NCBI GenBank assembly: GCA_043228905.1
Contig: JBHGNT010000003.1
Span: 23,994,001 to 24,058,000 of the forward strand
DNA: 64,000 bases
DNA from: Azolla caroliniana
Taxonomy: Eukaryota; Plantae; Polypodiophyta
Direction of reading: 5' to 3'
Below are positions 1 through 10,022 of the stretch, piece by piece; the first letter of the stretch is position 1, and each line of letters starts with the position of its first letter. The translations under genes were made by a program, and so were the position numbers. The notes below the pieces were generated by a model. It ran no database searches, had not been told where the DNA came from, and saw nothing but the letters and a program-made list of their open reading frames with translations.

Positions 1-2393
1 CGTTCCACGGTGTCCAGCCCAAGGGCTGTCGTGGTAGGCCGCCAGTAGCTCCTCCTGTTCTTCCTTCATCGCCACCACCCGGAGCGGGACGCCGTTCCTC
101 TTCTTCGGGTGCTTCCACAAATGCCCATCTCGGAGAAGGAATCGATATGCTTTCTTCCGGATCCGGTTGGCCTCGTCCTTCGTCCATGACGCATCGGGCG
201 TCATTGTCTTCTAAAACCCGCCGATCCGCAGCCACTCCCCGTCGTACTTGCTCGCGTCGAACTCGTTAAGCGCCGGAGGGTTATCCCGTCGGTCGTTATG
301 TATGCCGCCTCGAAGAAATCCACGCCGACTTCTTCGTCTTCCGAAACCATGCCGCCCTCGTCGTCGAACCTCGCCCTCGAAAGCATGTCGGCCATGGCGT
401 TGTCTTTCCCGGAAATGTGTCGTATTTCTGGGTCCAGGGACTTGATGTACGCTATCCACCTGAGCATCGCCAGGTCCGGAGTCGCGCATCCGGAAACCAT
501 ACCGAGAATCGGCAGGCAATCCGTCTCGATGATCACTTCTGTCCCTATCAGGTAGTCTTTGTCGGCCTTAACCGCCGAAACAATACCCCAGAGTTCGCGT
601 TTAACCTGGGCGTATCCTCGCTGCCGTTCACTGAGGACTTTCGCGCCGAATCGGATCGGAAACCGATTGCCGTCCTCGTCTTCCTGGTTCACGACCCATC
701 CGATCCCGGTCGGACTGGTATCCACCGTTATGAATACCGGGGTACCCTTCCCGTATACCGCCTTCCGGAGTGCCGGTGCCGCTGCAAGGGCCTCTTTCAG
801 CTTCCGGACCGATTCCGCGTGCTCGTCTAGCCATTCGAACCTTCGCCCCTTTTTCAGCAACCCGTACAGTGGCTCCGCGACGTGTGCGTAATGCGGGATC
901 CATATGTGGTAGAACGCGCATGCCCCCAGGAATCTCCGTACTTCCGTGACCGAGCTGCAGTCGGGCTTCATCGCGGAGATGGCTTCTACCTTTGCCGGAG
1001 ACGGTTTCCGGCCATATGGTCCGCACAGGTGTCCGACCACCATGATTTCTGACTGCCCGAAGGCCGACTTCTCCCCGGAGAAGGTGAGTCTCGCATCCTC
1101 TAGCCTTTGCAGCACCTTCTCGCAGTCGTCGATGTGCGTCGCCACGAATCGCCGGCATCCGTCCGGCCCGATCGTCTCGTCCTTTTCTTCCACCGGGCAT
1201 CCCTTGATCGGGATGTCGTCCAGAAACGGCATGGTGATGTCCGGGATACAGTCCCTCAGAACCTTGTTCATCGCATTCACCATGTGGGCCACCGAGTTGG
1301 TCCCTCCTTGCGGCAGTGTACACATCCGAACTAGGCCGAGGGGAGTTCGCATCGTCGTAATGTCTCTGCTCTCCACGGCTAGCTGGAACTGGTCGTACCC
1401 TGAGTATAGATCCCCGACCGAGTAAATTGACCTTCCGGCGAAGGCCTCCGCGAACTCGTCTATGGTCGGTCCGATCCCTGCGTTCCGAATGGTCACTCGA
1501 TTGACCGGCTGCAGGTCCTGGATGAAGCGCAACGAACCGTTTTTCTTCGGTACGGTAAACCATCGATTCGAATATGGGGCGCTCGACGGCTCGAGAATTC
1601 CCATATCAACTTTCTGCCTCAGCAGCTCCATCAACTTCGGGATGTGAGCTCTCGGAACCGGGATTGGCTTGAGATTCCATGGTACATGCGGTACCGTGAA
1701 TATCACCATCGGCTCCACGATCGTCGGGTCAACGCACCCGATTTCCTCCGGCGAGAATGCGAAGGCTTTCCCGTGCCTTCCGAGCATTCTCCGAAACCGG
1801 TCTTCCTCCGCCGGCAGTAGGAACCCGCCCCCACCGATTTTGAGCTCTCGGAGCGTCTCGTCGGTGAAGGTGTGCCCTATGCAGGCCGGATCTCGTAGAC
1901 TAGGGTCCGATGCAACCCCTTTGATTCTCGACGCGCTGTCCTCCGGTAAGGGTGCCGCGACTGGCCTTACCTTCCGGTCCACAGTCTTGTACTTGGTGCT
2001 TACGTGGGCCGTCCGAACTGACTCGAGCCCTCGACCGAAGTCCGCGATGACTTCGTACATCTCCTCGGAACACACCGGTATCGTCCGGTCTTCGTTAAGG
2101 CCTTCTTCGACTACCTTTCCCAGCATTCCCAAGGTGTCGTCGAATGAGACCGCCTCCACGGCTCCGTTGATTTCCTCGTCCGGGCCGAGAACTCCGCACG
2201 CTCGAAGTCTCCCCTCCGCCTTTGTCTTCTCTCGGCCGCCGATGCCGACTATCGTACACGCTCCGCTGTCGGAGAACAAAAATTCCCTACCTATGGTACA
2301 AGGTTTCTTCGGTTTTATCGTACAGGTGTGGGGGTTTCCCGGGGTGTCCGGACTGTCGCGGCCCCACGCCTTGGCAGCCCTCTCTAAAAATCC
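1..2393 (-). pseudogene. pol: A1 pol (RT, RNase H, start of integrase), disrupted near 211-285
   Basis: RT motifs DLYSGYDQ, LPQG, FLDD; RNase H TVDTS...ETDC...ADMLSR; relative to A2 there is a 1-bp loss near 280 and a TTG>TAG change at 211-213. Confidence 0.9.
2326..2393 (-). promoter_or_regulatory. Predicted -1 ribosomal frameshift signal (slippery GGAUUUU plus H-type pseudoknot), A1
   Basis: G GAT TTT TAG at the gag-pro stop; the -1 frame is the pol frame and is open; 6-nt spacer then stems GGGCUG/CAGUCC and GUGGGG/CCCCAC. Confidence 0.75.
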
Positions 2394-4510
2394 TCTCGGT
2401 TATCGGAACCGAGGGAGTCGCGGTTACGCTCGTGGTTCGGCCTAACCGTCAAAAACTGGACCGAATGGCGCCCGTCCTGGCTCTTGACCCGCGCATAGGC
2501 CGAACCGTTGTCCAGCACCTTGGTCTCCATTCGAGCCGCCGTGATGTACGGTTCTCCCAGTATGACGGGGTGCGATGACGACTCCTGCACGAAGAAGTGC
2601 TGGTCTATCTCGACATCGCCGATCTTGACCCGTACATTCGGGCAGGCCCCGTGAAGTTCCTCGGTGGCGCGCGTCGCCGCCCTTATCTTCCACCCGTGCT
2701 TGGTGTTGATCGGCCATTTGCCCTTCTTATAGAAGTCCATGGACATCAAATTGATCTCCGATCCGTGGTCCACCAAAGCTATCACCGGTTCCTGGACATC
2801 GCCGATCTTCACCGGGGTTTCCGTGGTCGCTCGGGCCCAGTGCGGTCTCGAATAGTGGCTTTCCGCCCACTCGTCTCCCAGCGCCATGTCGTCTAGGTGC
2901 GTCGTCCGCACTTCCACCGGTCTTTCCGGTTCTGTCTCCGTTGACAGCCTCTTCCGTTTCACCAAGTCCACGATGGAGTCGTGGAACTCCTTCTTGGCGA
3001 TTCCCAGCACCTCCCGTAGCGACAGCTCCACCTTGCTGTCGAGGATCCGTTCCTCCAGGACCTTTCGTAAGTCCGTGGTTCTTTCTATCTCCGTCCCCAG
3101 ACGGTACCCGCCCTTCTGGGGTTTATCTTGCGTACCGGCCCCGCCGGCTTCGTCCCGTCGTGGCCCGGACCGGGTCTCGTATCGTTGTGAGGGCCCGGTC
3201 GTCCCGGGTTTCCCCACCCGCTTCTCTTCTACCAGAGCCTCGTAGTTCCTGCAAGCGGCTTCCAAGAAGCCCGTCTTTTCCTCGACCGGGTCGCTCCACC
3301 CGGTCATCTCCCGTACCCGTTTCTCCGCACGGTCCGATTCCTCCCTTTTAAGCCCTGCACCGGCAAGGCCTTCCAGCATCGTCGGCCAGAATCCGGCTTT
3401 GCTTTCCTTTCGGGCCTCGCCGCCCCCGACTCGAATACCGGCCGACGCCGAGTAGTGGACGGTTTCCGCATGTCGGGCCGCCGCCTCTTCCATCAACCTC
3501 TTCATTCCGCCTCGCCCGTCGTTTCGGTTTAGGGCCCTTCTCGTGTCGTTGGCGTGAACCCGGCCTTCCCATAGGTACACCGCCCGGTTCCTCAGCGCCT
3601 CTGCGAAATCGCCGCAGTCTTTTCGGATGTGGCCGACCCCGTCGCACCACATGCACCTGTTCCCTGCCGCCGGCCGTCGGTCACGAGCAGGTCCTCCGCC
3701 TTCTCTGCGGGCTTGTGCGATTTGGAGGTCTTTTATCGCCCTCGTCAGTTCCTCCAACGCAGCTCCCCCAGTCGAGCCTCCGATCACGCCGGTCGGAGCC
3801 GAACCGGATTCCAGCCACTCCCGAGTCTCTTCCCTTCGCACCGGCTGCGCCGGCTCGAGTTTCCTCGCCGCGACTGAGCCCGACCCGGTTGCTCTGTCAT
3901 CCTCCCATTCTCGCCGTTTGTCGAAACGGCCGCAGGCTCTCTTGACCGCCGCCCAGTCGGCTGTCAGCCCATCTTCGGTTTCTAGCAGGGCGCCCACGTG
4001 ACTCCGATCCCTCTCGTCAACCGATTTGACGAACAGCAGGACCCGGCTTGTATCCAGGACCATCCTGTCAAGCGCCGAAAGGCGCGCGAAGTTCTCCTCG
4101 AACTCCCGGAGGAGTGCCGACGCATTCCTTCCTTTCCCGGGAGACTCCACCCACTCCATGAAGCTTCGCTTCGAAAGCCGGAGCGCGTCGTCCAGTCCGT
4201 ATTTTTCCAGGAGCCGACCTTCGAACTCCTCCCAGGTATGGCTCTCCGCCCGCACCTCGAGCACCTCCGCGTGGATGCTCGGCATCGCCACTCGGGGAAA
4301 ACCGGCCAGACGCCTGTCTTCCGGAATGTCCCGCATTAACATTTCCGCACCGTAGGACGCCAGGTACTTCGTGGCATCTTTTCCGGTGAATCGACCGATC
4401 GTTCCGACGACCGCCTCAATAGCTCTATCGAGGGCGCCGGTGCCCTCGCGCGCGCTTACTATCCGATCCACGGCCGAAGCCATGGCCTCTGCAAGATCCG
4501 CCCCCTTCAT
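2384..4510 (-). CDS. gag: A1 Gag-protease polyprotein (first ATG 4510; the ORF-track GTG at 4537 lies inside the PBS)
   Basis: Zinc knuckle CMWCDGVGHIRKDC; retropepsin-like ALVDHGSEINLM...VILGEPY; ORF ends GAG GAT TTT TAG. Confidence 0.9.
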   Translation of the reverse strand: MKGADLAEAMASAVDRIVSAREGTGALDRAIEAVVGTIGRFTGKDATKYLASYGAEMLMRDIPEDRRLAGFPRVAMPSIHAEVLEVRAESHTWEEFEGRLLEKYGLDDALRLSKRSFMEWVESPGKGRNASALLREFEENFARLSALDRMVLDTSRVLLFVKSVDERDRSHVGALLETEDGLTADWAAVKRACGRFDKRREWEDDRATGSGSVAARKLEPAQPVRREETREWLESGSAPTGVIGGSTGGAALEELTRAIKDLQIAQARREGGGPARDRRPAAGNRCMWCDGVGHIRKDCGDFAEALRNRAVYLWEGRVHANDTRRALNRNDGRGGMKRLMEEAAARHAETVHYSASAGIRVGGGEARKESKAGFWPTMLEGLAGAGLKREESDRAEKRVREMTGWSDPVEEKTGFLEAACRNYEALVEEKRVGKPGTTGPSQRYETRSGPRRDEAGGAGTQDKPQKGGYRLGTEIERTTDLRKVLEERILDSKVELSLREVLGIAKKEFHDSIVDLVKRKRLSTETEPERPVEVRTTHLDDMALGDEWAESHYSRPHWARATTETPVKIGDVQEPVIALVDHGSEINLMSMDFYKKGKWPINTKHGWKIRAATRATEELHGACPNVRVKIGDVEIDQHFFVQESSSHPVILGEPYITAARMETKVLDNGSAYARVKSQDGRHSVQFLTVRPNHERNRDSLGSDNREDF

Positions 4511-4532
4511 TTCCCACTCTTCTGCCGCCTCT

Positions 4533-4550
4533 TTCACGTCGGGTTCACCA
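4533..4550 (-). promoter_or_regulatory. PBS complementary to the 3' end of tRNA-Trp
   Basis: TGGTGAACCCGACGTGAA, 3 nt inside the LTR; complement of plant tRNA-Trp ...TTCACGTCGGGTTCACCA. Confidence 0.85.
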
Positions 4551-4553
4551 AGA

Positions 4554-5270
4554 TGTCGGGGTTGCTACGCCCTTGCGTGTAGAAAGGAGGAGGGACCACG
4601 GGGGTCTCGAACCGAAGAGCAAGAGAGAGAGGAGAAAGAGAGAGAGACCCGATTACACAGAACCGAAGATCCGATTGCGCAGAACCGACGATTGCACAGG
4701 GACACGACCCAACAAACAGAGATCCCAAATAAACGCCGACGCAGATGGACGCAACAACGAGAGATATGTACTTATGAATGCAAGAAAATAACAGACTAAA
4801 GTATTACAACCCACGGTGGGGCACAAAATATATACTAACGAAAACGAACAGGGCGGCGAACAGCTGCCGACCCCTGTATGTCGCGACGCACAGAAAGGGA
4901 AAACAGGTCGGAGGTGCTGCAGGACGCACTCGGGGCGTTCCACGGAACAGCGCAAGCCTCCTCGAAACCTGCACAGGTACGCGATGGAGCGGAAGACAGA
5001 GAGAGCAGGAGTGAGAGAGAAGCTCCGAAATCGGTTCGGCAGCACTTCGTCCTCTCCGCGGGAGATGCCCCACTTCTATTCTTCCTCTTCCTTTTATAGC
5101 CCGTCAAGAGGCCGTTTGGCATTAACTGCATACCAACCGAATCTACCCACCTAGGATCCTCGTATGTACCTACTTCGTCCTTAGGTACTTCTTGGCGCGC
5201 GTGTGTGTGTAGAGCCGTTTCCCACGCCTTGTTCCTCCGATTCCTCTTGTGGGCGGTTTTCTTCACGACA
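4554..5270 (-). repeat. A1 5' LTR (717 bp)
   Basis: TGTCG...CGACA termini; TATA-like CTATAAAA on the minus strand near 5095; matches 26496-27212 and 32943-33660. Confidence 0.95.
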
Positions 5271-6018
5271 GCGGTCTGCCTCTTCCTTCTTCAGCCGAAC
5301 TCCGGAGAGGCCTTCTAGCACTAGCGACCAGAATCTAGAGTCCTTCGCCTTCCGGGCCTCATCACCCCCGACCCGAATTCCCGCTGATACCGAGTAGTTA
5401 ACGGCTTCAACGTGCCGTGCCGCAGCCTCTTCCATCAACCTCTTCATTCCGTCGCGCCCCATATTTAGTTCTAGGGCTCTCCGGGTCTCACTCGCGTGCA
5501 CCCGCCCGTTCCAGAGGTACACCACGTTGGTCCTAAGCGCGTCGGTGAAATCCGCGCAATCCTTCCGAATGTGACTGATCGCGTCACACCACATGCACCG
5601 CTGCCCAGCCGGTGGCCTCCGGTCGCGAGGTTGTTCGTCGTTGTCTCTCCGGGCCTGTGCGATCTGCAGGTCGTGCACCATATGTGTCAGCTCCTCCAGA
5701 GACGCTCCTCCGGATGGGCCTTTGATCGTGTCATTCGATGCCGATCCCGACTCTAGCCAGATTCGGATCTCTTCCTTCCTACCGGCCGGCACCGATACCG
5801 GCTCTTCGAGCCTCCTCCCCGGGACCGGCCCTGACCCCGACAAGCTTCCGTCGCTCCAATCGCGTCGTTTGTCGAAACGGCTGCAGACCCGTTTTACCAC
5901 GACCCAGTCTGTCGTGAGCCCTTCGTCCGTTTCCAATAGGGGACCCACCTTTTCCCTGTTAAGCACGTCCACCGATTTGACAAACAGTAGTACTTGACTC
6001 GTTTCGAGCACCATCCGG
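5271..6018 (-). pseudogene. gag: Element D gag, middle segment between insertions A1 and B
   Basis: MVLETSQVLLFVKSVD...CMWCDAISHIRKDC, homologous to A1 Gag; rejoins 18433 across the ccgg TSD to read STLDRMVLET. Confidence 0.9.
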
Positions 6019-6672
6019 TGTCGCGTTACTACGCGCGTGCGTGGAGAAACGAGGCGGGACCACCGGGGTCTTGAACCGAAGAGCAGGTGATAGAAGGGGA
6101 AAGAGAGAAAGAGAGAGACGCCTAGTCACGTATGAGCAAAGAAACACAGGGGCACGGCCCGTCAACACAGAAGATGCGTATGGACATAGAGACAGGGAGA
6201 CACAAGTTTTTGTAGATTAACGAATAACAAATACACAATAGAGCACGCGAGCGGTTACAACCGAACAGGCAGGCGAACAGATGTTGATGCATGTTCGTCT
6301 GCGCACGAAAGGGGATAGGATGGAGGTGCTGCTGGAAGCACACGGGCGTTCCTCGAAGCAGCGCGAGCCTCCCGAAAACCTGCAGAGAAGAGCAATAGAG
6401 AACAAACAGAGGAGAAGCGTTCGGTTACGGTCCAACAGCACTTCGTCCTTCTCAATGCGCGATCCCCTTCTCCCCGTGTCCCCCTCTCTTTTATAGCTTC
6501 AGGAAGGGAGCCGTCTCCCTCATTTACTTCCTACCTGCCGAATCTAACTACCCCTGGATATGCCTATGTACCTAATTCCCTATTATATACATTAAAGGGG
6601 CATGCACGCGTGAAGATCCGGTTCACGCGCTCTATGCACCGTTTGCGCTAAGGGACGGTTTTCTTCACGACA
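6019..6672 (-). repeat. B 3' LTR (654 bp)
   Basis: TG...CA termini; direct repeat of 17771-18432 with scattered substitutions and a shorter (GA)n. Confidence 0.95.
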
Positions 6673-6721
6673 TCCGCCCCCACCTAACCGCGCATCCACC
6701 GGTATGCGCCAAAATTGTCCT

Positions 6722-9362
6722 CTAGTCGGAAAAAACCGGTCCGAGTTCCGGTTCTTCATCCGTTGGTTCGTCCTCCGTTTCAGACTGTTCGTCGTCGCTG
6801 TCCAGGCCTCTTAGATCCGGTTCGCCGTCGTGGCGCTTCTTGAACACTTTGATCCGCTTCCCTGCTACCGGTATCGCCATCCTCGTACCGTCGAGTTCCG
6901 CCAGATGATACGTCCCGTTGTCGTTGGCGCTCGTTACCACGTAAGGCCCGAACCACCGCTTTGCAAACTTCCGTGTTGCTTGGTGCTGGTTGTCGAGGCT
7001 GCTGTCGTAGACTAGCACCCAGTCGCCTTCCTCGATTTTCTTCGGTCGGAGCCGGTGCGTTCGGTCGAACCGGGCTTTGTCCTTCATCCTCGCCGTCCAA
7101 AGTCTCTCCGCCGCTCGTTCCACGTCCTCTGGCCTCCGCTCAAGCTGCCGTATACGCGCCGCTAGCAGTTCTTCCCGACTCATCTCGTCTCTCCAATCTT
7201 CTGTCGCCCAAGAGGAGATCGTCCGTTCCATCGGCATGATCGGCTTTTGTCCGAACATGAGCTCTGACGGCAGGAACCCGGTTACCGAACTGTGCGTTGT
7301 CCGGTCCGCCCACAAGGCATAGGGTAACAGTCGTGGCCAGTTCTCGACCTGCCCTTTGCACGCCCGGACTAGCGCTTTGACGATCGGTCTGTGCCCACGC
7401 TCCACCTTCCCGTTCGCCTCCGAATTGTACGCTGTGGTGAGCGAGAGCTTGACCCCTAACCGGTCGAACAGCTCCTCGGCCTCTTCGGCGTCCAACTCCC
7501 CGCGGTCAGCCACGATCTTTCCGACGCACCCGTACCGGCATATCACGTCCTCGATCAGGAACCAACACACGGCCGCGGTTGTTTTGTTCTGTAGGGCTCG
7601 ACCTTCCACCTGGTTCGTCAGGTCCTCCCGGGCCAGCACCAGATATCACATCTGCCCTACGCCCATCGACATCGTCACCAAATCTACCATCCATTTGAAG
7701 TTGATGGTCGGAGGGTATGTAGGGTGAAGCTCGTACCGATGTCGGACTATGGAGTGCATCTGACAGCTCTCACAAGTTGTCACGAACCGATGTACGTCCC
7801 GGTACAATCCCGGCCACCAGTACTTCCCCTTTAGTTTCTCGAACGTGGCCCACGTCCCACGGTGTCCAGCCCAGGGGCTGTCGTGGTAGGCCTTCAGCAA
7901 CTCCTCCTGTTCCTCCTCCATCGCCACTACTCAGAGCGGGATGTCGTTTCTCTTCTTCGGGTGCTTCCACAAGTATCCATCCCGGAGAAAGAATCGGTAT
8001 GCTTTCTTCCGGATCCGGTTGGCCTCGTCCGGCGTCATCCTCCTCAAGAATCCCCCAATCTGCAACCACTCCCCGTCGTACTTGCTCTCGTTGAAATCGT
8101 TAAGCGCCGGAGTGCTCCCCCCCTCGGTTGTTACGTAAGCCGCCTCGAAGAAGTCCACGCCGACTTCCTCGTCCTCCGAAACCATGCCGCCCTCGTCGTC
8201 GAATTGCGCCCTCGAAAGCATGTCGGCCATGGCATTGTCTTTCCCGGAAATGTGTCGTATTTCCGGATCCAGGGACTTGATGTACGCTATCCACCTGAGC
8301 ATTGCCAGGTCCGGGGTTGCGCATCCGGAAACCATGCCGAGAATCGGCAGGCAGTCCGTCTTGATAATCACCTTTGTCCCGATTAGATAGTCTTTATCGG
8401 CCTTTACCGCCAAAACGATACCCCAGAGTTCGCGTTTAACCTGGGCGTATCCTCGCTGCCGCTCGCTGAGGACCTTCGCGCCGAACCGGATTGGGAACCG
8501 AATACCGTCCTCATCTTCTTGGTTGACGACCCATCCGATCCCGGTCGGGCTTGTATCTACCGTTATGTAGATGGGGGTGGCCTTCTCGTAGACAGCCTTC
8601 CAGAGTGCCGGAGCTGCAGCAAGAGCCTCCTTCATCTTTCGCACCGACTCCGTATGCTCGTCTCGCCACTCGAATTTTCGCCCCTTTTTCAGCAACCCGT
8701 ATAGCGGCTCGGCAACGTGGGCGTAATGCGGGATCCATATGTGGTAGAACGCGCATGCTCCCAAGAACCTCCGTACCTCCGTGACCGACTTACAGTCGGG
8801 CTTCATTGCGGAGATGGCTTCCACCTTAGCCGGAGACGGTTTCCGGCCATACGGTCCGCATAGATGTCTGACAACCATGATCTCTGATTGCCCGAAGGCC
8901 GATTTTTCCCCGGAGAAGGTGAGCCTCGCGTCCTCTAGCCTCTGCAACACCCTCTCGCAGTCGTCAATGTGTGTCGCCACGAATTTCCGGCATCCGTCCG
9001 GTCTGATCGTTTCGTCCTTTTCTTCCACCAGACATCCCTTGATCGGGATGTCGTCCAAGAAAGGCATGGTGATGTTCGGGATACAATCCCTCAAAACCTT
9101 GTTCATCGCATTCACCATGTGGGCCACCGAGTTCGTCCCTCCTTGTGGCAGGGTACACATCCGCACTAGGCCAAGAGGAGTCTGCATCGTCGTAATGTCT
9201 CTGCTCTCTACGGCTAGTTGGAACTGATCATACCCTGAGTACAGATCTCCGACCGAATAGATCGACCTTCCGGCGAAGGCCTCTGCGAACTCGTCTATCG
9301 TCGGTCCAATTCCTGCGTTCCGAATGGTCACTCTGTTGACCGGTTGCAGGTCTTCAATGAAG
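6722..9362 (-). pseudogene. pol: B pol 3' part (RT C-terminus, RNase H, integrase) with stops
   Basis: ORFs 7931-9331, 7646-7927 and 6722-7639; HHCC, DDE core, WFGPY motif. Confidence 0.92.
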
Positions 9363-10012
9363 TGTTAGGGAATCGACGCTTCCAAAAAAACTTTACCTCT
9401 CGGCCACAACCAAGGAAACACGAATCAATGCAGAAGTAAATCAAAACACAGAGAGAGACTCGAATGCACAAGGTTTAGCGTGGAAAACCCTAGACGGGAA
9501 AAACCACGGGAGTGCAAGACTCCAACTATCACTATACGCAGGGAATGTACAATGGCGAGCTGCAAGGCGACGACCTTGAGCTCGCTGTCCTCGCCACAGG
9601 CGGCGGTATTACACAGAGGCGTCGACCTCTTCCTTTCTCTCTCTCTCACTCTCTCTCTCGGATTCTCTCACTTCGCTCCCTCTAAGTGGAAAACAGAAAA
9701 ATGAGCAACAACTACAAAACTTTCGGGCTATTTACAAATATAGCCTAGAGGGCCCTTGGCAAACATATTCACAAATATGTCCCCGCATCCGGATCTCTCT
9801 CCGGGTACATTCGTCATCCGGCTCCGTAGCCGGGGTCTTCATCATCCGGCTCCGAAACCGGGTCTTCGTCATCCGGCTCCGAAACCGGGTCTTCGTCATC
9901 CGGCTCCGAAACCGGGTCATCCGGTTCTGATACCGGGTACTCCTCATTCGGGTCTTCATTCCCGATTCCCGGACATCTGACCATCCCATCCGGAGGGACC
10001 GTAATCCCAACA
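9363..10012 (-). repeat. Copia 3' LTR (650 bp) with four 27/28-bp U3 tandem repeats; lacks a 34-bp TATA-containing segment
   Basis: Direct comparison with 14126-14810. Confidence 0.93.
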
Positions 10013-10022
10013 AACTCCCCCT

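Larger units (their letters stand above)
1..5270 (-). mobile_element. Ty3/gypsy non-chromovirus LTR retrotransposon copy A1 (Phygy/Selgy-like); 3' part lies left of the window; inserted into gag of element D
   Basis: 5' LTR, tRNA-Trp PBS, gag-pro ORF and RT/RNase H; nearly identical to 28389-33660; right flank gcgg continues into the gag of D. Confidence 0.95.

Noticed and set aside
248-4355. Many long antisense and alternate-frame ORFs over gypsy gag/pol, repeated in each copy
   Set aside because: Shadow ORFs expected from GC-rich coding sequence; no recognisable domains.
1-5270. A1/A2 as a segmental duplication or misassembly
   Set aside because: Identity stops exactly at the LTR end and the flanks differ (gcgg versus acgc), indicating separate insertions.
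9810-9920. 27/28-bp repeats as a CRISPR array or EPDDEDPVS repeat protein (also 14608-14718)
   Set aside because: Head-to-tail units with no spacers inside copia LTR U3; eukaryotic context with no cas genes.
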